A stretch of DNA of 63,774 bases, filler included, from Intoshia linei (lineage: Eukaryota > Animalia > Orthonectida), in assembly GCA_001642005.1 (NCBI GenBank). It is 6 parts of 6 records of this genome, joined end to end, with 100 filler letters (N's around TTAATTAATTAA, not from the genome) between each part and the next. Parts side by side here need not be neighbours in the genome. Positions count along the whole stretch, not along the records: positions 52,818 to 61,172 come from LWCA01001467.1; positions 61,273 to 62,492 come from LWCA01002949.1; positions 62,593 to 63,774 come from LWCA01002743.1; 3 more parts are not named here. The stretch is one strand, 5' to 3'. Within the stretch, counting starts at the first letter, position 1, and every line of letters begins with the position of its first letter. Below, in pieces: positions 56,608 through 63,774 of this stretch. Under the pieces are notes generated by a model. That model was not told the DNA's origin. It made no database searches and saw only the letters and a list, made by a program, of their open reading frames with translations. The translations under genes and the position numbers were made by a program.

Positions 56608-57093
56608 ATAGCTGCTATTTACCTGTTCACGGCTCTGAACTAGACAGTTCAGATATTGAAAATTCAGAAAAAAATAAATATAATTCATCAGGAAATTATA
56701 CACATAAAATATACAATTGGCCAATGAAACAATAACAGAATCGATACATAACCTTGAAGAAGAAAAATAAAAGTATATTAAATTCACACATAATTACCAT
56801 AATCAGGCTTTTCAGATCTATAATCAGCGTAAATAACTGACGCGGCAAAAAGTGGAAAAAAAATAATGGGAAAGTATATTTTAGATTGTCTCCAATAATG
56901 TTGAAAACTTTGTATGGATCTAAAAAGGATAAATTGAAAAAATGACAGCACGCTTTGAATAATAGAGCAATATTCATTGTCTATCAGTCTATCAAAAAAA
57001 ATATAAAAATTACTTTTGCATACACGTTATAGTGCCTTGATAACCAAATTTAATTTGAATTTCTCTTTCTTGTATATTTTAAAATTTTGCTAA

Positions 57094-57450
57094 ATGTCTA
57101 AAAACGACGAGGATATGGGAAAATTTTTGGTAAAATTCCAATTGATTTTTATTTTCATTAGGATTGTTTTAATCTTAAGTGTATTTTCAGTTAAATTACT
57201 CATTTATTGGAAATATTTAAAAATTAGATTATTTACATTTAGATTACTCAAAACGCTTGGAATCAATTAAATAATGAAAATCCCGAATTAAATCAACCAC
57301 CTCTTCAGATGCCTGAAAAATCTTGCCAAAATTTTAATAAAGTAATTAAGAATGCGTGTGTTTTATTCTCAATTGTCAATGTTTTATTTTTATTAGATCA
57401 TAAAAAAGAACAAAATATTAGATGTCATTGATGAAATGAAATTGTTAAAG
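57094..57450 (+). CDS. Unidentified small-exon gene, possibly continuing to ~60220-60340
   Basis: ATG exon MSKNDEDMGKFL followed by GT-AG-bounded open exons ITQNAWNQLNNENPELNQPPLQMPEKSCQNFNK and IIKKNKILDVIDEMKLL. One junction phase is unresolved. Confidence 0.35.
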
Positions 57451-57528
57451 TAATTTAATACCGGCCGTGGAGAGGCAACAGTAGACCCGCTCCCATGAAA
57501 TTTGATTAATTATATTTTTAGTCTTATA

Positions 57529-57727
57529 CAGTGAAATCTCTTTATAAACAAAGGATTTTGAAAATTTAACGACCAATTTGTTTTTTGGAGTATCAAAAAA
57601 GCATAATAAGTGTCATAAAAATTTCATACAACGTAAACTGTTAACATGTGAAAATGTAATAAACGAATTATATAGAATTGATATATTTTTAAAAGCATGA
57701 TAAATTGTTTATAAAGAGGTTTCACTG
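57529..57727. mobile_element. Tc1/pogo-type MITE (199 bp)
   Basis: 23-bp TIR cagtgaaa(t/c)ctctttataaacaa (22/23 match) with TA on both sides. Confidence 0.9.
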
Positions 57728-58989
57728 TATACACATTAAAAAATATTTTTATTCTATCACTTGTTTAATCTTACTTTTTTAAATTTTTGTTTTGGTCTAC
57801 CCTGCGGGAGTAAAAAAATTTCACATCTCTAAGCGATTATAACTTTACCTATTAATTTAGAAGAGTAGATTTGCCATATTGCTCTGGCCCCACTCTACGG
57901 CATAATTAATACATTTATGTGCACTGCAGTTTATAGATGGAGTTGGTCCTTTATAAATTAAATAAAAATTTCAAAAAGGTTTTGGTGACGTGCTTAATTT
58001 AATAATGGGTTAAGTAAAGTTACAATCTTGATTATCGAAAATTTTATAGAAATGGGACGCAAGTTTCAAAATTTAGGAAACGCTCTTTTGGAGTGTAGAG
58101 TAATTATCCCAAATTTTTTTAGCTTAAAAGTCGTTTGATTAGAATTTATTGGACCATTCAATATTTTTAATATTTAAAAAATTTTGACATATTAATGTAT
58201 ATTATATAGTACAGTTAAAGCGAACAATACCGACAAATGTTTAAATGAAATCAAGAATCTAAATAAATGTTTTAGTTTCAACAAATCTACGAGTTTAAAT
58301 TGCCAGTACGATGTTCTAAATTTAAAAAATTGTTATATGAATAAATTTTAAAATATATTTTAAATGTTCACATTTACATAAATCAATAATCTGATATTTA
58401 GTCATATTTAGGAAAGAATAGCAAATTAGCAAAATGATTGATTAAATTCCATTTTAAAAGTTGCCGTCTTCTCATGGTAAAAGCTTCCCATCTCTTTAGT
58501 CTTGACTACAATAGGTAGTAAATAGATTTACTTAATCATTAAGTTTGAATGAGTGACTTAATAGTTGCTATGTTTTCATGTTTATAAATAATTTAAAGTT
58601 TATTTAAATTCTATTATTTTTGTCATTCTGTAAAAAATTTAATTTTTAGATTATTGCTAGAAAATGGAAAGGATACATATCAATGGTTTATTTTAATTAT
58701 TGTTGCATCTATAAGGGTTATTCTGTAAAATTGAATGTCTATTACTTGATGGAATTAAAAACTTAATAATGCTTACAATTTATTGAGAAAAAATTTAACT
58801 CATACTGTTTTAGTAATACAATAAAAAATTTAAATTTATGGAAATAATGAAAGATTACAAGTTAGTATTAATTGAATTGGTTAACTTTAAAATCTTAAAC
58901 AAAAAATCTAAAATAGGATAAAAATGCGATTTATTTAACATTTGTATTATCACAACTTCCATATATAAGAATAAGTCTAAGATTAAAGT

Positions 58990-59480
58990 CATTCTTGAGC
59001 ATTTTTGTGCATTGAAATACTTTTTATTTTTAAAATTGATCCACTCATCAAATGATATTGAAAATTTTCCACCATTACATTTATCGCAGAAATCTTTTCC
59101 ATTATAATTATTTGTCTTGTAATTTTTGCAAAGTAACTATTTACAAGATTAATGACACAGTTTTGAGATATAGGCAAGTCATTGGTCTTACATTTTTTCG
59201 AATAAAATTTGATTGGGTAACTTGGTTTATGGTTACTTCATCCTACGCAATCAATTATGACTGCAACCCTTTCGTTGGTATCATCATTTTTTTAAATACA
59301 CTGTTATTTAGAGATTTTTTGTTTGTTTTTTTATTAACAGGTTCACCCAATGATTTGATCATAGAATCTACGCCTGTTAAGTGACAACGTAAACCAGTTG
59401 TAGAAGAATTTTTATAGTTCATCACTTTACTACTAATAGAGCATTTTTCCTTTTCGTTTTTTCGCTTAAAATAATCCTAT
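58990..59480 (-). mobile_element. Decayed hAT transposase fragment (BED finger to first catalytic Asp)
   Basis: NSSTTGLRCHL, LIA*DEVTINQVTQSNFIR and GGKFSISFDEWINFKNKKYFN, with stops and frameshifts. Confidence 0.65.
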
Positions 59481-61311
59481 AAATTTTCGTAGAACGTAAC
59501 GGTCATCTGAAAGAGAAAGAATCTAATACCAAATTAAAAATTAAATCATACAACTGAATTTAATTACCTTAAAATTAACTGTACTTTTTATAATAACTGA
59601 AATTATTATGTTTTTACATGCTTAAATTTATTAGCGACAATTAAAAATGATTATTATCTTAAGTTTTTGTTTTTGCATTCATATAACAAACTACATTTTT
59701 TAAAATTTTTAAATGTAATTTTAAATTTAAGAATATTTAAATTTCTCGATAACAAGCATTATCCTAGAATTAAAAACCTAACAACAATTTCTAATACTGT
59801 TTTTTGAAAGTAATGTTTTATCGCAAAAGTAATTTTCAAAAATTAAGTCCTTCAGGTTCAAAAACTCTAATTACCCTTTTTTAAAATTTACTAAAATTAC
59901 CTAGAATTTTAAAAAACATAAATTCGTAGACTCATTTTAAAATCATTAATATTGACGTAAATCTCAACTTCAAATATTTAAAAATTCATGGTCCAAACCA
60001 AAATCAACATTTTTTTTAAAAATAAATTACTGCTAATTTTCTTATTAGTTATTTCACATAAAATAACGCATTTACGGTCATAAAATCATTTTGGTAGATT
60101 TTTTTATTTAATAACGAATAACCTTAGAATTTAAAAAAATGATTATTGTAATACAGTTGATTTTGTTTATTTCTGTTGATCCACAGAAAAAAATGGAATG
60201 TTATTTTTATATAAAATATAGATGAAATCAATATTACATCTTTGGATGAGTTTGATAAATTAATGGATGAAAGTTACAACGAATTGACCAGGTTTGATTT
60301 TATAAATTGTGTTTTAATGATTTTCCCACCTAGATTGTAGTTTTCTGCAACATGGTCCAAATACGGTTTAAAATTTCTTCAGCGCAATGCAAAGTTCATA
60401 TCAAATCGTACATGGGACCATTTTACAGAACTTTAATGGACTGAACTAATCATGTTATTTTTTATTTTTTCGCGGAGGGGTTGAGAAACTGGGTTTATTC
60501 TGGATTTGATTTAATATTTTAAAGATATTTCATTATCTATTTTTTTATATACTTTGTATGCAAATTAAATTTCACACCAACAAATGTATAGGGATTAGGG
60601 CCATTGCTATTTGTTAAAACGAAGGCACATTCTTAGCACTAACCATTCAATTTAAATGAGTAAGTTTTAATGATTGTAGTCTGTTATTAATTAACTAGCA
60701 GGTAAAACCTGCCTACAAGATTGATATTATGTTTTTGACTAAAATTGACAAATTCAAATAAATGAAAATGTGCATTTGAAGTGTAGCATTTTTACGAAAA
60801 TTAATTTACTCTGATATTTTAGATCTAAATATGGAAACAATTGCAACGTAGTAAATAAAGTAGATTCAAATCACATTGGTAAATAATAATGTTTTGTTTA
60901 TTTTTTGCTGGGGTTCCCAAAATTTGTTATCATGAGCCAATTGATATATAAAAAAGTTTTAGTGACATCTTATTTTGAATCTTTATTATATTGACTTGAA
61001 TGATAACTATTACCTCATCTTACTGGCTCAATTTTAAAAAATTGTAAATGGTTTTTTTTATAACTACCATACGATATACTTTTATGACCACTAGGGGTGT
61101 GAATGAATTTTTATATCCAAAGTGCACCCTTCCACCATATGAACATTTTGAAAATATTCAATTTGCACCCAANNNNNNNNNNNNNNNNNNNNNNNNNNNN
61201 NNNNNNNNNNNNNNNNTTAATTAATTAANNNNNNNNNNNNNNNNNNNNNNNNNNNNNNNNNNNNNNNNNNNNCAGGTTAATCTAAATATTTTATAATTAA
61301 TTAATGTATTA

Positions 61312-61716
61312 TTATTGTTCATATATGATATATGATATATAAGAAATGAATAGATTATAAAAAATAAGGCATTTATTAAATACCGCAAGGTATTGCAACT
61401 CGATAGTATAAAAGGTATTAATTAACTTTGCATAAAAAAACGTTACTGCGAAACTGCGAAAATTATTTTCATAAAGTATGATTGTACTTTTCAAACAATG
61501 ATATAATGAATTTACTTCAAATCATTGCATTTTTTTTCAATTTCAAAATAATTTTTTTCATTTTCTTTACAATTGTTTAATTTTTCCATAATATCAATAT
61601 TATTATCCAAATCTTCAATTTTTGGATAATTTTTTTTAACCGTGTAAGAAAATTTTTCAATTTCATCTTCCAATTTTTCCAAGTCTGTTTTAAATAATTT
61701 TTTCATGTTTTCAATC
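61312..61716 (-). CDS. Internal exons of an unidentified coiled-coil-rich protein
   Basis: Glu/Lys-rich open exon bounded by AG and GT on a short contig between two gaps. Confidence 0.35.
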
Positions 61717-62592
61717 TATATTAACCATTCAAAAATAATACAATAAACATTATAAATATAAATATTGTATTATTAAACACTGTAATTAGGGCGTGGAGGG
61801 CTAGGTGTCATATAACGCACCTATTATTCTAATTCGGGATGTTCATTCTCGATCCTCGATAAAATTTAAGTTTTTATGACATAATAATTTCGATTTCAGG
61901 GTCCGNATCAATATTATTATCCAAATCTTCAATTTTTGGATAATTTTTTTTAACCGTGTAAGAAAATTTTTCAATTTCATCTTTCAATTTTTCCATTCAA
62001 CCATTGAAACCATTTAAAAAATATTTCAAAACTGAAAACTTTTTTAAGCACTGCCCTATTATATATATTTCAAAATTAAAAATTTTTAAATTTTTAGTTT
62101 TCCATGTAAATTTATTTGTATATCGGCAAAGCGTACATTTTTGTGGATTATTAAAAGAGAATTTTTTGGTCTAAAAAACTTTTTTAAATAAAGATAAAAT
62201 TTTTAAGAAAATGTTGACATTTTTATTTCGTTATAATATTTGTCAGTTTTATTCGGCGAAGTAAGCGAAGCAAGTATGAATATATTATTATTTTTTTATT
62301 TTCATTAATTAATGATAATTATCATGACTTGAATTAATTCATTTTAAATATTACTTGATTTTCTATAATTTTATCATAATTTCCCATAATTATTTTATAT
62401 TTATCGTATTGCGATTGTAAAATTTCAGGTTTATTTTTTTCATTATTATTATGACCAACAATTGAATTCATTAATGTTTGTAAATTTTCCATNNNNNNNN
62501 NNNNNNNNNNNNNNNNNNNNNNNNNNNNNNNNNNNNTTAATTAATTAANNNNNNNNNNNNNNNNNNNNNNNNNNNNNNNNNNNNNNNNNNNN

Positions 62593-63248
62593 TGATGAAA
62601 CATGTCTAAAAGGTTTAAAAATTATGAATGTATTGATTGGAATATTGGAGATTTCCCATATATGCTATATGGCTGATAGTGTAATATTGAAAAACTTAGC
62701 AAACAATTTAACAATTGTGAATGCAGTTGAAACAGTTATGGACAACTTTCAAATCCCAAAAGAAAATTTATTACTTTTAATATCTGATCGAGCACCATAT
62801 AATGTGAAAGCATTTTGTACTTCATGATATATACCCACCTATTTTTACCATCACGTGTCTTGCACATTTGATGCACAATTTTGCATTACATATAAAAGCT
62901 CACTTCGTACAAGTTGATCAATTAATTTCATACGTTAAAGCTAGCATTGTTAAATGTAAAAAACGAGCAGAGTTGTTCCACGAAATCGGGATACCACCTC
63001 AACCAATAGTCACTCGTTGGGGTACGTGGTTGGAGGCCGCATTATATTATGCAAAAAATTGGACACTGGTAAAGCGGATTGTATTGGAATACGAAAATGA
63101 CGGGGTAATAGTCAAAAATGCAAAAACCATAGTAGAAAGCGATACAATATTTAATGATTTAGTAAAAATATCCAATTATGAAAACCTAATTAAACTAACA
63201 ACAAAGTTAGAATGTCCAAAATTATTAATAAAAGAAGGTGTACATTAG
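62593..63248 (+). mobile_element. hAT-related transposase pseudogene (CGGBP1/DUF659-like group)
   Basis: DET, LLLISDRAPYNVKA, TCLAHLMH (CxxH) and PPQPIVTRWGTWLEAA. Frameshift and stop near 62827. Confidence 0.8.
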
Positions 63249-63774
63249 GGTTGGGAAATTTTTTTTTTCGTAAAAAGCCACCAATTATACTATGAGTAAT
63301 TGTATAAAAGTCATATTACTTTAAAAAAAATATAAAAAATCCTGATGTGCATTTCAATTTAACGTTCATATGGTTTTCATTTTTATAGACACGTTAAATA
63401 TGTTCAAATTTAACATGATAAGCGACGAACTTCATATCTATGATATAATATCAATAAACGTTATCTTAAAATAAACTTTTACCACACTTAACAGGTTAAA
63501 TAAGATAATGTAGTCAAGCATAAATATTATATTATCGTCAATTTGTTTTAAAAATGACTAATAAAAAAACAAATATATCAAATTAAAGAAACAAAATGTA
63601 TGGAGGACTAATTGATAAAAAATTGTCAAGTTTTTCACGTTTACCTCGATACAAGGATATTTTAGGTAGGATACCACTTTTTACAAAAGGAAAGTAAAGG
63701 ATCGTCAACATCATTAATAGTTTCAAATATGATTTATGAAATCAATACATTATGGACTAAAATGTCAATACCAG

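Noticed and set aside
61593-61995. Near-exact ~85-bp duplicate of a coding segment (~61593-61675 vs ~61908-61995)
   Set aside because: The second copy starts immediately after a single N, so it is most likely an assembly artefact.
28422-62592. TTAATTAATTAA repeated five times inside N runs
   Set aside because: It is a scaffolding linker with stops in all six frames, not biological sequence.

Overview
This is very AT-rich eukaryotic (animal-like) genomic DNA from a draft scaffold, not prokaryotic DNA. Genes are broken by many 32-39 nt GT-AG introns, so the ORF track shows only exon fragments. Manual splicing supports these genes: a two-CCHC zinc-knuckle protein, a minimal olfactomedin protein, INTS4, a LARP1-like protein, MED18, a ZDHHC palmitoyltransferase, BOP1, two partial GH38 alpha-mannosidase paralogues, DNAI7/CASC1 and a probable NDUFB1. 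Long introns and intergenic DNA hold decayed transposons: a non-autonomous Helitron family, hAT transposase relics and MITEs, piggyBac, pogo/Tigger, a MULE-like foldback tract, a tRNA-derived SINE and a Ty3/gypsy pol fragment. Five N-gaps carry an artificial TTAATTAATTAA linker, so order and distance across them are unverified. The compact architecture resembles reduced parasitic metazoans such as orthonectids (inference only). The strongest leads are a gypsy pol fused directly to a Helitron 3' terminus inside a possible gene-capturing composite Helitron, a LARP1 with a substituted cap-stacking tyrosine, two complementary mannosidase halves in permuted order, and a hairpin-loop micro-inversion between repeat copies. 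No single new biological system can be claimed with confidence. All homology calls are from recalled motifs, not database searches.
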